Shown here: positions 48,380 to 62,183 of the stretch, in pieces
Layout of the letters: every line of letters starts with the position of its first letter
How positions within the stretch are numbered: position 1 is the stretch's first letter
DNA from: Cladosporium halotolerans
Lineage: Eukaryota
Length of the DNA: 64,000 nucleotides
Assembly: GCF_011745625.1 (NCBI RefSeq)
Contig: NW_027191467.1
Coordinates: forward strand, 124,001-188,000
Direction: 5' to 3'
Notes under the pieces: generated by a model
Databases searched by the model: none
Seen by the model: the letters and a program-made list of their open reading frames with translations, nothing else
Told to the model about the DNA's origin: nothing
Program-made: the position numbers and the translations under genes

Positions 48380-49736
48380 TCATGTCCGCTGGTGTAGGGC
48401 CTGCAGGCGCCACTTCCCACCGCCTCTCACCCATCGCCCAGGGCGCTGGGGCTCTGGGCGCGCGTTCTCATGCTGGTTCGACGCGCCTGCGCCGTCGTCC
48501 TTGATGAAGGACGAATTGGCGAGGGCTTGAGCCTGGACCGCCCATACTTCTGTTCCCAGCTGGATGAGCTCACTGCCGGACTCGTCGAGAAGCTTCTCAG
48601 CGGCGCCCTTGTCCATAGAGATTATCTTTTCGAAGTCTTCGACCGTCCCGAAAGTGGCCACGTTCCAGATGTGCTTCCAGTATTGAACAGCGAGCGCGAC
48701 CTTGGGGTCTCCGCTTTGGATGTTCGTGGCGATCATGTAGAAGGATGAACGCGTGGCGTGGCCTGATTTCGGCTTGAACAGCCGTACAGTTGAGAAGGTG
48801 GCGAACTTTTGGAGCAGCTCGACGGTGTCGCAGCTCTCGAGTCTGTGAAGGAGGACAATCATGGTTCCGCCCGCCTTGACATGCTCGAGACCCAGGGCGA
48901 GCTGCGTCGAGGTCAGTCTCCGCGCTTCGCGCTCCTTCTCGCGGTATGGCGCACGCTCATGTGTTCTGAGCACCTGTCCGTCGCACAGGATGAGGTCGAA
49001 GAGACGCCCGTCGGGAAGCTGTTTGGGGAAGAAGTTCTGGCGGTCTGCATGGTCGTCCGGGATGTGTTCGGCGCCCATATCGCTGGCGAGCATGGTGATG
49101 TCGAGAAATTTTAGCTCGATGCTCGAATCGAGTTCGATGAACACGTCGTGCCCACCACTCGCAATAGGCAGGCTGGAAGCGGTGACTGACGAGGTGGGGT
49201 TGATGTCCTTCGCGAAACGAAGAAAGCCTCCCGGCGCCATGCAGAAGTCTAGGATTCTCACTTCATCGTGCGGTGCATCAAGTCGGATGCCAAAGGCTGC
49301 AGTGGCATCGTTGAGCTCTTTGCCAATTACCTGCATATGACTGTAGAAGAACGCCGCCGTCTCTCTGTCTTTCGAACGTGTGCTGTTTACGCTGGCAGAA
49401 TCGCCGTTCCGACGTCTGCTCTCGAAGATCCTGTCCGCCGCTGGATTGTTCCATCCCTGCATTCTGGTTAGAGACGCCATCTGAGCTCAAATGCTTCGGA
49501 AGGCACTTACCCTTTCGCGCAAATCCTCCAGAGTACGGTACACTTCGACCTTTTGAGATCATATAAGATTTGATGACCTGTTTCGCGGTGAGTTTGTGAT
49601 CAGAACCGGAGCCATCCTGAGATTTGAGAGTACGTCCAGCCTCGGGGTTGTGGACGCCGTCGCTTTGAATGCCGTCGGTCAGATCTGGCAGTACCGGTAT
49701 ATTCGCGTGTTCGGATGCCATCTTGTCCTGCACCAT
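48380..49736 (-). CDS. FtsJ/RrmJ-like SAM-dependent methyltransferase; apparent 1-nt frameshift in exon 1 (possible pseudogene)
   Basis: ILDFCMAPGGF, LDITMLA, FDLILCDGQVLRTH, GGTMIVLLHR, LFKP..HATRSSFY. Intron 49457-49510 is in phase only if one A is removed from the run at 49551-49554. Confidence 0.75.
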
Positions 49737-51745
49737 TGTCGTAGTGCCAGACGTCGGCCGATGTTACATGCGTGTGTTTGGTCTGGTCTTGGAGGTGGGC
49801 GACTTTCTCAAGGGGGGTTTGGTATGGCGTTGAAGGCGTTTGGACCTGCGACCGTGCTTTTCACTATGTTCAAACGCCATGAGACCTTTCTTCGCTGACT
49901 TGAGAGCTGCTGTGTGCGTTTGGAGGTGTGAGACATGAAACCTGGAAGAGGTGGGAGACCGGCGTGAAGGGAGGTAAGGTGGAGTGAATCATGTCAGGCG
50001 TTGGCCATGGCATGCAGACCTACTGTCTTCCCGCTCGTCATGAGAGTCTTTGATGAGCTGTGTGATCTTGGTCTCCTCTGTAGCGCCGGCAATGGTGTTC
50101 TCCGCCACGTCGAACACGCGCGCGTACGGCACCGTTCTTCAGGCGCGGGATCCTGCGCGTGTCCGCAGCTTTCTGCTTGCACCTTCGCCATTGCGCGAGC
50201 TTATGAGACAATGGCACTCTTCCAGACCTCTCTTGCGTTGGTATACGCAAGACTACCAACGCAATATGTGAAGTTCAGTGGATTGCGCGCTGGCAGCGTG
50301 CGTGGTGCGATTGATGTGTGAAGTTGGATTTCGAAGTGAGGCTCTCGCGGCTGCGGACACGAGCCAGCTGCGGGCTCAGGGCTTGGGGTATGAAGGGTTA
50401 GGGTTGGGGTACGCGGCTTTGGGATGAATTGACCGTACATCGCGAGTGGAAGACAAAGTGCTGTGAAAAGCCTTTCATATGGCTTTCTTGGGGTGTATGA
50501 AATATACTCCATCTGCTTGGGGGCTCGTGTCTAGCGTTGTTGTCGTCTGGGAGTGTGATTGATCGAATCTTCAACATACTTGATAGGCTTCACACGACAC
50601 TCATAGTCAACACAAAGAGATGAAGCAGACCTGTCATCCAGAATTTGAAGACACCTTCAATATTTCATAAACCATCACTGCTGAGGCGTCCAATCATCCA
50701 CACAAGCGATAATTGCCATAATCGCTTGTATATCTTGCAACATCACTGTCGTCACGCATAACACGGAACCGGACGACCGGCAAGAGGCAGTCGCAACTCC
50801 AGCAATGCCGCAACAGAACACTGCCAGAACGATGAATCCGCGGGACCAACAATTAGAACTACATCAAGGACATGAGACATATATTAACAAACCTACAAGG
50901 CAAGCATCCAAAAAGTGAAGCCTGCGAAGAAGGCAGCCATCAAACACCAGACGACACTGTTCCGCGTCGGAGGCCGCAGCGAGCGCAATCGCCACTGCAA
51001 CACGCAAGCCTGGGGACAGGCAGCCTCGCCACCCGGATATCGGCAGAGTCATCGCAAAGAATCACGCGGCATCAGCAGATGGAATGGAAGACCTCCCTAG
51101 CAGAACTCTGTCTTCCGGAGGAAGTTCGTCTGGACTGCGCTGCGCCTGCCAGGCTTGCCCCGCCGCGCTCCATGCGCCCTGCTTTTGTTTGCTACGAGGC
51201 CGGGCGCAAAGGACCTGCGCACAAGGCCAGGCCGTCCTGCTGCGTGATTGAGAGCAGTGACTCACAAGAAAGGTGTTCGCCACTGCCGACAATCACACTT
51301 GACGATGATGCGGGTGCGGCGGACTTGCGACTGACGGACAGCAGCAAGCAACAATGATCCCCTCAACGCGGTGGCACTTGCGCACGCGAGGACGATAAAC
51401 AACTCGACGCGTCGGGCGCAGGAAGCCGCGGACGAGGATCACAGACAGGATGCAAAGATGAGAAGACAAAGACAATGAGGTTGATGCATATTCATTTAAT
51501 TGTTGGTGTCACCCATGTGAACACTGGAGGTGTTGAGCTTATTCTACACTCAAAGCCACAGCCGTAGCCGATTGCTCTCTCGCATCGCACTCAAAAACAA
51601 GGAAGAAACCCCATAAAGAAAATCCCAATGTGACCCATTGCCCGTTCGCGCCATACCCGCAAGCCCATCTCTCGCCGTGGGTGGATATCTGATGTTGGAT
51701 GTGTTTGTCGTAAAAGAAGAAGTCGGAGGGGCGGAAGCGAGTCGC

Positions 51746-52134
<389 letters not shown>

Positions 52135-52594
52135 GTTGATGGAGGTTGATGGAGTGTGAGGTGGGAGAGTTGTGGTGATGAAGCTGGTGAGGCTTTGCTG
52201 TGTGGATGGATGGGTGGTTGTGGATGCTGAGTGGATGAGATTGAGAGAGACGGGCGACGCGGGGAATAAGTAGCAGAGGGGCGCGGGCGGGCGTCGCGCG
52301 TTTGATCTTGCAGGTTGGTGATCCAGAAGCGCGCTAAGCCTAAAGCGCGCGGGCAGCCAAAACATGGGCAGGATCAAATCCGCGCACGAGCCCACGGCTG
52401 CCTTAGCGGCGCAGCGCGCTCTTGACAGTTACGAGTGCTGGAAAGCGAGCGGTCGAAGCAGTGATTGTGAAGTCGCCCCCGCGCCTATATTTTCTTTGCC
52501 TTCCGCTTCCCACTCCTCCCCATCCACTCAGCATCCACATCCACCATCTCCATCTCCAACAACACCTCCTCCATCACCAACCACATCAGTCATC
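52135..52594. promoter_or_regulatory. Divergent H4/H3 promoter
   Basis: 460 bp between divergent histone ATGs, the typical fungal arrangement; many CGCG-containing words. Confidence 0.75.
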
Positions 52595-53203
<609 letters not shown>

Positions 53204-54150
53204 GCGTCTCGCTCTTGATACCCACCACAACACAACAACATGAGAGCATCCACCACGACCTCCCTGGCCTAGCATGGCGGTGATGGGCGGTGGTACTCAT
53301 AGGCATGGCTTTTCATCAGGGCGTTTGGTATTCCACAGGCAGAGGGTTCAAATGGGTTTCTTTTTTGGTTTGAGATATCACAACAATCGAGAGGTGCACC
53401 TGGCGGAAAGGTGTCACGACAGAAGGGTTGTATCATAATGACAATGGTGCAATGCGACAGCTTTACACATCCAACTTCATCTGTGCCTTTTCATTTCTCT
53501 TCTCTTATCGTGTCTCGCGTCTTGCCTCGTGTTGTGACCCGTATTCCTGGACCCCGCGACCCCTCACTGCTCACCGGGCGCAATTTGCCAACGACCAAGT
53601 GCATCCGCTGCGGAGCGGGAAGTTCAGCGTCAGCCTTGGGACGCAAGCCTTGCTGTAAACGCCGCCTTCGCATACAGGCTGATTTCGCTCCAAGCAAGTC
53701 CAACGCGATCGTGCGTAGGCACTCCGAAGCATTCGTGTTCATCGAGAGGTACACTCTCGCAAGGCCCAGAAATCAGACGAGCGGCTTCAACAACATTGAC
53801 CTCTTGTGCGCATGGATGCAAGGCACAGGAAGACAGACTGAACATCTAGGACAATACTTGCCAGTCTCTTCCCACGCATTCCGCCACAGCTAATGGCTGA
53901 TATCGACTTCGCAGACGCTGGAAGCTTGACAACCTCAGCTCGGGCGAACTTGCTCGTCGATGCCAACCAGCTGCTGCCTGGCCAAGTAGTCCGCCTAGAC
54001 TCTGCGTAATGACTACACCTCTCGCGGGAGGCATTCACGTCCGCATGCCTGACTCATCAGTATGCTACGCCTAGTAATCTCAATAGCTTGAGTATCACAC
54101 AGCCTCTCTCCCAGCATCCACCACACCACCCCACCGCCCCTCCAACCGCC

Positions 54151-54666
54151 ATGGGAACACTAACCCCAGCCCGCGTCACCAGACGCATCAAACAAGAACT
54201 CGCCGTCCTCCAGCACTCCCCCCTCGACACCTGCCACGCCGCGCCCATCAGCGACTCAGACCTCCACGCCTGGTTCGCCGTCGTCGCCGCGCCCCAAAAC
54301 ACCCCCTACGCCGGCGGCACCTTCAACCTCAGCATCCACTTCCCACCCACCTACCCGCTCCAGCCGCTCGGAGCCACCTGCACCACGCCCATCTTCCACC
54401 CGAACGTCTCACCGCAGGGCGAGGTCGGGCTCGCGGAGCTCCGGCCAAACCAGTGGTCGCCGGTGATTCGGACCGTTCTGGTTTGCTTGCAGGCGATGCT
54501 GGCGGGGCCGGATTTGGGGGAGGAGTGTGTGCTGAACGAGGAGGCTGCGAGGCTGTGCGTGGAGGATGCGGAGGGGTTTGGGGAGAGGGCGCGAAGGCAT
54601 ATGATGGAGCATGCAACGCCGTCTGCTGCGGTCAATCAGGCTTTGGAGGACTTGTCGAAGAGATGA
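54151..54666 (+). CDS. Ubiquitin-conjugating enzyme (E2)-fold protein lacking the catalytic Cys
   Basis: RRIKQEL, W...TPYAGGTF.L.I.FP..YP, IFHPNVSPQGEVGL (Gly at the expected Cys), WSP. Confidence 0.8.
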   Translation: MGTLTPARVTRRIKQELAVLQHSPLDTCHAAPISDSDLHAWFAVVAAPQNTPYAGGTFNLSIHFPPTYPLQPLGATCTTPIFHPNVSPQGEVGLAELRPNQWSPVIRTVLVCLQAMLAGPDLGEECVLNEEAARLCVEDAEGFGERARRHMMEHATPSAAVNQALEDLSKR

Positions 54667-55394
54667 TGGATCATTCGGTAGATGGATGAGGGTGTTTACG
54701 TTCGCGTCGCAGTGCAGCTTTCCCTTATGGCTAGCGAAGCGGCATCATGCTCGATTGCTGGCTGTGAGCGGCGCTGCCCACGAGCAGCTGCGTGGCCGTC
54801 ATGCGCTCATTTCGAGACTAAAGCAATGTTGGCAGGTGGAGCACTTGATGTACGTTGATATTCCCGCTCCTGCTTCTACATGTGTGTCTATGAGAGACGT
54901 GGTCGAACCTCAGCGCAGGTCGCACATCCGGTGGCCTCCTCGCAAGCACCTCCCCACGCTGTGTTGCGGGGTGATGAGATGCGCGAGCATCGTGAGAACC
55001 ACCGAACACCTTCTCAGACTCTCTCGCAAGGACTGAAATCCCTCTCTCCGACTCAACAGTCTGCTATAGCGACAGTTGTCTCAACACCTCCCTTACGCAT
55101 CTTTTGTCCACCGTCTCGTGGCATCTGCCCATGATGTCTTCGGAACCCCACATAGCGCCATCTTCAGCCCTACGCATGACACGCACGGATGATCTTCCGC
55201 CGTGGCTGTTGAACCCTGCGTGATCGCAAAGCAGAGCCGCACCCAACATTGCCGGTAAACCCGAGGCTCACGACTCCCTTTCTTTTGTTGAGCCAATTCC
55301 TTTCGACTGCTCTACTACGCTATGGCTGCATTGACACACCGCACATAACACACCTCTCTCGCATCCTCATGCGCATTGTCAGCCCTCCACGAAA

Positions 55395-56231
55395 ATGAGC
55401 GCCCTGAACTTCGCTGGACGGTCGACTCTGCGCCAGTTGCACCAGTCCGTCCAGCGCAACATCCTCCGCCGACACCAAGCCCGCTACGAATCCTCCAAAC
55501 CAAACACTCAAAAAGGCTCCCGCAATGCCTCCTCCCTCGCCACCCGCGCCGGCCGCTTCCTGCTCCCCGCCTCCGCCCAAGCCTGGGTCGAGCCGTTCAT
55601 GCGACCCTTCCAAGGCTACGCCGCGATGCAGCGCCGCTCGCCGCTCCTCACGCAGTTCGAGTCCTCGCTCATAATCTACTTTCTCGGCGACCTCAGCGCG
55701 CAGTCCGTGTCGTCGGGCGCCTTCGAGACTGCCGCCTACGAACCCTCGCGCGGTCTGCGCGCCCTCATCATCGGCGGCATCAGCTCCATCCCCTCCTACA
55801 AGTGGTTCATGTTCCTGGGCAACCACTTCAACTACGCCTCGCACACGCTCTCGCTCGCCGTCAAGATCGTCATCAACCAGTCGGTCTTCACGCCGATCTT
55901 CAACACCTACTTCTTCGGCATGCAGTCGCTGCTGACGGGCTCGACGCTCGCGGAGGCGAAGCAGAGGGTCATTGACACCGTGCCGGTGAGCTGGAAGAAT
56001 AGCTGGAAGGTCTGGCCGGCCGTGACGGCGTTTTCGTTCACGTTTATCCTGCCGCAGTATCGTAATGTTTTCGCGGGCGTGATTGCGATTGGCTGGCAGA
56101 CTTATCTGAGTTGGTTGAATAAGACTGCGGAGGCGATGGAGTCGGGGAAAGAGTCTGGAAACAAGGCTGCTTCTCAGCAAGAGAAGGGAAAGGCGGAGGG
56201 TAGGGAGATGAAAGCTGGTGCGAAGGCGTGA
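55395..56231 (+). CDS. Mpv17/PMP22 (Sym1-like) membrane protein
   Basis: PLLTQ..GDLSAQ, YKWFMFL, KIVINQSVFTP, WKVWPAVTAFSF, GWQTYLSWLN; Arg-rich N-terminal presequence. Confidence 0.9.
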   Translation: MSALNFAGRSTLRQLHQSVQRNILRRHQARYESSKPNTQKGSRNASSLATRAGRFLLPASAQAWVEPFMRPFQGYAAMQRRSPLLTQFESSLIIYFLGDLSAQSVSSGAFETAAYEPSRGLRALIIGGISSIPSYKWFMFLGNHFNYASHTLSLAVKIVINQSVFTPIFNTYFFGMQSLLTGSTLAEAKQRVIDTVPVSWKNSWKVWPAVTAFSFTFILPQYRNVFAGVIAIGWQTYLSWLNKTAEAMESGKESGNKAASQQEKGKAEGREMKAGAKA

Positions 56232-56688
56232 GGAAGAGGAGGTTGTTGACCTTCATACGAGAAAAAAGCATTGGAGGTATAGAGGGCTGCCTGTGTTGAA
56301 CGCAGCCGGGCTACTTACCGGGAAGCATTGTAGGAGCATTTGGATTTACGAATTTGGGAGCATCAGCGGCGTTCAAGGAGCATCATGGGCGGAAGCGTGT
56401 CTCATCTGTTCTGAAGATACCCAATTCCCCGTATGGAAAGGGTGGCATAAAGACTAGCGAAAACTTAGAAAGATTGTTCACACAAATATTTTTATCCTCG
56501 CAACGATGGTACGGCTCCTCAGAAATAGTTGCACCTCAAGTCATCCTTCCAAATGGCGCGCACGTGAGACCGCGTTTCCCCAATCGCGTCAAGCCCGCGC
56601 TCGATGACCACACCACTCGCTTCTATATGACGTTGGAAAACACCCCGATCGCCGCAAGAAAGACAAAACCCAACGGCACCATGGCAGC

Positions 56689-58412
56689 ATGGCAGACCAC
56701 CAGACGCCTTCTGCCCCGATAGCAGCGCCTTCCAGCGATTACGGCTCCGAATTCGACGATGATGCCTTGACAGAGCTCTTCTCGCAAGCCGACCAACAAC
56801 CCCAGCCGCAACCAGCGGCTCTAGAACACGACCCCGTCGTCCAAGATGCGCCGCCTGCCCTGCAGCACTCGGTGGTCCTCAAGCGCTCTCTCACGCAGCG
56901 CGACTGCGGCGCCGAGTGCTCTCTGGACCTGGAGATCGAGGCGCGGCCTGACCACAACCTCGAAGTCGAGTACAGCGCGCGCAACCGCGCAGCCTTCACC
57001 TGTAAGTACAACTATACCGCCTCCCTTGTTCTGAGAGTCGCGTAACTCCTCATCCCCACGCTGACGCCGCTGACGCCCAGCGCCTCACAGCCGACCCGCC
57101 CTCTAACCTCCAACCCACCTCCCCCAAAGAAACCCCAGACGATGCCTCCACCGCCCCCGAGCAACCCGGCGACGACCCGCGCGCTCCGCTCGAGCGGTTC
57201 CGCCGCCGCAAGCCCCTCAGCGTGACCGACCTCGTCTCGCCCGCCTGGTGCGAGCAGCAGTACTGGTACAGCCTGACGCGGTTCGGGCGCGTGCGCAAGA
57301 CGAAAGCCATGCGGCAGGGCAGCTCCGTGCACAAGGTGCTGGAGGAGCAGGTGCACCGCGAGGTGCGGGTCGACGTGCAGACCCGCGAGGACATGTTTGG
57401 GCTGCGGGTGTGGAATGTTGTTCAAGGGTTGCGGACGCTGAGGGCCACGGGCTTGACGAGGGAGTTGGAGGTTTGGGGCTTGCTTGGGGGCGAGGTCGTG
57501 AATGGGATCATTGATGAGGTTAGTGCGGTTTGTCCGGACGAGGATGCGGAAGCGAGGATGTTGGAGAGGGAGGAGGGGGCGGAGAGGGCGAAGGGTGGTG
57601 AGTCGTCGACGAAAGGCAAGCCGCTCGAGGCCGGCCAGAAGACTCTCCCTGGTTTCTTCAAGGACTCCCAGAACGCGCGCATCCTCGAAGAGCACTTCAA
57701 CAGCGTCCCTTCCTCCGGCCACGAACCCTCCACCCCGGCCACCTTCTACATCACCGACATCAAAACCCGGCAATCCAAATCCCTCCCGCCCGCAGGCAGC
57801 CAGTCCAAACCCGTCTACATGCAGCTGATGCTCTACCGGCGACTCCTCTCCTCGCTCGCCGCCAACGAAGTGCCCGCCGAGCAGGTCTTCGAGCGCTACA
57901 GCCTCGACCCGCACGCGACCTTCAGCGACACCTTCATCGCCGAGATCGGGCAGCTGGACTTCAACTTCCCCGACGACGTCTCCGATGCCGCGGAGCGCGA
58001 GGTCCGGCTCGAGAGCAGACAGGACTCCGTCGACGAGCTGCTCGCGCACAACTCGCTCGCAAGCCTCTGGACGCTCATGGTCGCTGAATTCGCGCGGACC
58101 ATCCCCCATCCCACCTCTAACTCCCAACCCTCCATCTCAAGACTCCTGGCAGCCGAGTACCGCAGCGGAGGATCCGGGGCCCTGATAGGCAGGAAGCCGT
58201 TCGTGCACGACGATGCGGCGCTGGACACTTATGTCGAGGACGAGGTGCGGTGGTGGCGGGGCGAGCGGGCGACGAAGGGCGTGGATATAGAGGACGCGTT
58301 CAAGTGTCGGATCTGCGAGTTCGCGGAGGGCTGCAGTTGGCGGGAGGAGAAGATCGAGGAGGCGAAGAGGAAGGCTAGGTTGAGGGCTGGGGCGAGGAAG
58401 AGTCAGGTTTGA
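56689..58412 (+). CDS. EXO5: Exonuclease V (Exo5/Dem1, 4Fe-4S); intron 57002-57090
   Basis: PLERFR, LSVTDLVSPAWCEQQYWY, GSSVHKVLE, TRELEVWG, GIIDE, DIKTR, QLMLY, KCRICEFAEGCSWR. Confidence 0.92.
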
Positions 58413-59267
58413 GGGGCGCGGGTTAGTGTCGTGGCTAGACGTGTAGATCGCTGTAATGATGGTATCTGAGGAAAAGACCTCTTCAACTTGTTTATCACAT
58501 CTTTTGCCGCAGCGGAGCAGTGGTGCGTTGGGGGTTTCTGGATCTGTGGTTGTTAGGGTTAGGGTTGGGGTATCCGCTGTTCGTTGATATTTACGACAGT
58601 CTGCTCTGTGCGACACGATTGGGCTGTTTCACGCTCAGTGTCGTTTTTTCTGAGTCGCCTGTAATATAAAAGCTTATTTCCAAGAATGTTAAAGAAGCTG
58701 TTGCGGCGAAATTGACCTTCCTTGCTCTATAATGCCGACAAATTGTACGTGCGCTTGAGGGGCTGGACACTGATTGATAGCATCTCGCATGGCGAACACT
58801 CGTGACGACACGAGTGGAAGCCGTTCAGCCTGGGAGTACATACACAGAAAAAGACAGACGAGCTAACAAGATTGAGCAGGCATTCGAGATTCGACAAATC
58901 GTGTACAAAGTACGGATAGCACGAGGATTCGCCTTCTTCCATCGAAAGCAAGATAGAGCTTCAATCGTTTCCGATGCCCGCAACTCGCTCAATCTCCATG
59001 ATAAACCTCGAGGGGGCGGTAAGGAGCTACTCCGGCTCTCAAAAAGATCAACGACACACACATTTCCGGCGGAGACCGCACGAATGCACATACTACGAGG
59101 GATACTGCGATCGCTGTTCGCAAATGATCATTTGAAAAAGGAAATAAGTATGCTCACAATACCCGATGCTGTGCCACGTATAAGAAGCCCTTGGCCGTCT
59201 CTATCATACATCACTCGAACCCTCCACAAGAGAGGAGACACGAGCTGGCTAATCCAGAAGCATCAAT

Positions 59268-62183
59268 CTAGAGCTCGTCTTTGCCAGTGCTCTTGCCAAC
59301 ATCGCTCTCCGGCTCCGGGACAGCAACACTTTCGACCACACTGCGCTCCTTCTTGAGGTCCTCCTTGACGCCAGCCTGCGGCGGGGCAGTGTTAGCCTCG
59401 TTCTCGCCGAGCGGGTCCTGAGTGTCCGGGTTGCGGCCCTCGGCATACGAGCCAGCGACGCCAGCCTCGTCGCCGTCGACGACGCCCTCGTAGATCTCGT
59501 TGCCCTTGTCGTCGACGAGGCGGGTGCGGGTCTCGTAGCGCGTGGAGAAGGAGACCTTGCCTTCCATGGCCTTGACTTGCTCTTCGTTGAGGAGGTTGCC
59601 GTTCTCGTCGCGGTATTCGACCTTCTCCTCAGTGATGGAGCCATCCGGCTGGACCTGTTGGCTGCCGGGGGTGAGGTAGACGTCCTTCTTAGGGTCGTCG
59701 GCCACCGGTGGCGCGGGGCCTACGGCTGCTTGCGAGGTGGGAGCCGGGCCGGAGGCGGAAACGGCCTCGTTGGCGTACTCGGCGTACTGTTGTGTATCGT
59801 CAGCATCTGTGATTTACGAACGAGCGCCTGTGGAACTTACAGTATCGTAAAAGTTGTTGCACTCCCAGTCCCAGGTATCAAAAAGCTTCACCTTCCTGCA
59901 GTCATTCTTGGTCCACTGGTTGCCGTAGCCTAGCGGTGCGTACAGACCGAAAACGACAATGCTGGCGGCAAGGAAGACAACAATGCCAGTCTGGCCGATG
60001 AAGGGGCGCTCCTTGATACCAAGGCCAGGGACGCGGGTGGTGGCGAAGTCCCAGATTTGACAGAGGACGATAATTGCAAAGAAAAGGGCTGGGAAGTAAT
60101 GGTGCAGGAACAGTTGACGCTGCATGAGGAAGAAAGGAAAGTAGTGGAAGGCCCATCCAAGGACTGACATGCCGATTTCGTAGTCGAAGCGCTTGAAGAT
60201 CGCGTTCCTGTAGTCGTTGCAGCTGCGCTGCCATCTCAGCACGGAGAGGGCCTTGAAGACAGCGTACAAACCGATCGCAGCGGTAGATGACCACCAGATG
60301 AGCGGGTTACCAATGAGGTAAATCTGGCGGTGGTTGCGGCCCCAGAAGTTAATACCACGGCGGAGGATAGGCCAAGACTGAGGGCGGGAGTCCCAAGCGT
60401 GAGAGTCAACAAGACCAGCGTTGGTAGTCCACATCACACGCTGGAGCTCCCAGAACTTGCCAAAGAAGCCAGGGTTGCGGTAGTTGACCTTTTCAGCATC
60501 CTCCTTGAGCTGAGGATGCTTGTTGCTCTCGATGTACCAGATGCTGTTGGGGAGAGTGCCACCCTTCGCACAAGTGACTTCTTGCTGCTCAAAACCCCAG
60601 TCAGGTAGCTTGACCTTGTGGGAGAAAAGCACGCAACCGGTCATGAGGTGGACGAGCTTGAACTTGGTCTGGATAGTACGAAGACGCTCCTTGGCTTCCT
60701 TACCATCAGACATAGACTTGACGATCTCTACGCGGAAGAGGTCGTTGGCATCACCCTCGAAGCCCTGGTAACCGTAGGCGCTGACTTCATTCTGCCAGTC
60801 GGCCTCAGTGATAGGCGGGCGGTGGTCGTGGGAGTGCACGCGACGATCGGTAATGACGTGGTACAAGCGGATCACAGATCCATCTGTCACCCATTCCGGG
60901 TCGAAAGTGTCCCATGCCATCGGGCCAGTGACGGAAGTGTTGCCGGTGGGGTCATTGACCCAATCGATGGGCTGAGTCTGGTTCTCCAGAAGGAAGACAT
61001 TGTTCTCGTCCTTGTGAGGGTAAAGAGTGATCTGCTGCTGCTTGCTGCCAGTGGGGTACATGTGCTGGTGCGAGTGAAGGTAGCCACCTTGGGTGTTGTG
61101 GTGACGGAGGCTGACACGCGCCCCGAAAGCCACATCAGCTGGCACATCAGCCATAGCCTTGGTGTTCAAGGTCGACTGGAACTCGCTGCTCATGAATCCA
61201 TCGCCATCGCCAGGGTTGACCAGACAGATGAAGTGAATAGCGAACATGCCCATGTAGAAAGCAAGAGGGATGACAATCAAGCAGAAAGTACGAGCGAACA
61301 GGTGCTTAAACCAGATCCTGGTAGTAACATTCTTGGTGTCTCCAAGTAAGACCCAAAGCTGCAACGCTGTAAGAGAGCCAACCCATGCAATCGTGAAGAG
61401 GCCGACCCACTTCACACTGAAGGTGGCTCCCAAGGTGACACCGGACGCTGCGAGCCAGAACCACCACGCAGGCTTGAAAGCGTATTTGGGACCAAGCTCG
61501 TGCTGGTTTTGGAAAGAAGTCCAGGAGAGAGCAGTCATTGCCGTGAACAGAACCAGTGGGGAGTCGAGCAGAATAAGCCGAGACTGTGTGACCAGGCCGT
61601 TCTCGAAGATAACCAAAGCTGAGCCGAATGCCGCCGTCGCTGACCTGCAGCCAGCGGCCTTCAGCGTAAGGAACATGACCGGCACCGCAAGCACACCGCA
61701 GATTGCGGGTAGCAACCTCATGGCCACATAGGGCACACGAGGCTCAATGTAGTCCTTTCCAATATCCTTGAAATCGAAGTTTCCATCGAAGCCAGCCAGC
61801 CATCCGGCAAGTGTAATCAAGAGCTTTGCAAGCGGAGGGTGTACGTCCATGAAGAACTTGCCCTTGATGTATTTACTGGCAAATCCTCCAAAGTGCACCT
61901 CATCGAAGACGACCGACGACGGCTGGTAGATGCGGAACAGCCGCACGAACAGCGCGACAAGTGTAAGCGCGCCCACAGCCTCCCAATCCCCGCTCTTGAG
62001 ATGGGCGATGTTGTTGTCCTCTACGCCATCGGATGTGTAGTCGCATTTCGGGTAAGGCGGTTTGTTCGAACTTGTTTGGGTCATTCCAGAGGGTACGTTT
62101 CGCTTTGTCGTCGTAGCGGAGAGGTCATTGGTGTTGTATAGGACACCATTGACCTCCATCGGTTTGGCGCCTTTAGCAGCCAT
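59268..62183 (-). CDS. PMT1: Dolichyl-phosphate-mannose:protein O-mannosyltransferase, PMT1 subfamily; intron 59787-59840
   Basis: VVFDEVHFGGFASKY, FMDVHPPLAK, MIR repeats (YLHSH, LPDWGFEQQEV), LFLHHYFPAL. The second exon is in frame and ends KDEL. Confidence 0.95.

Noticed and set aside
49900..51500. ORFs between the FtsJ-like gene and histone H4
   Set aside because: Short, mutually overlapping and without motifs; no transposon or RIP signature seen.
53400..54050. Possible pseudogene fragments downstream of histone H3
   Set aside because: No recognisable family motif in any frame.
58552..58568. TTAGGGTTAGGG telomere-like words (also near 50395 and CCCTAACCCTA near 62373)
   Set aside because: Only about two units each and no array; expected in G-rich skewed tracts.
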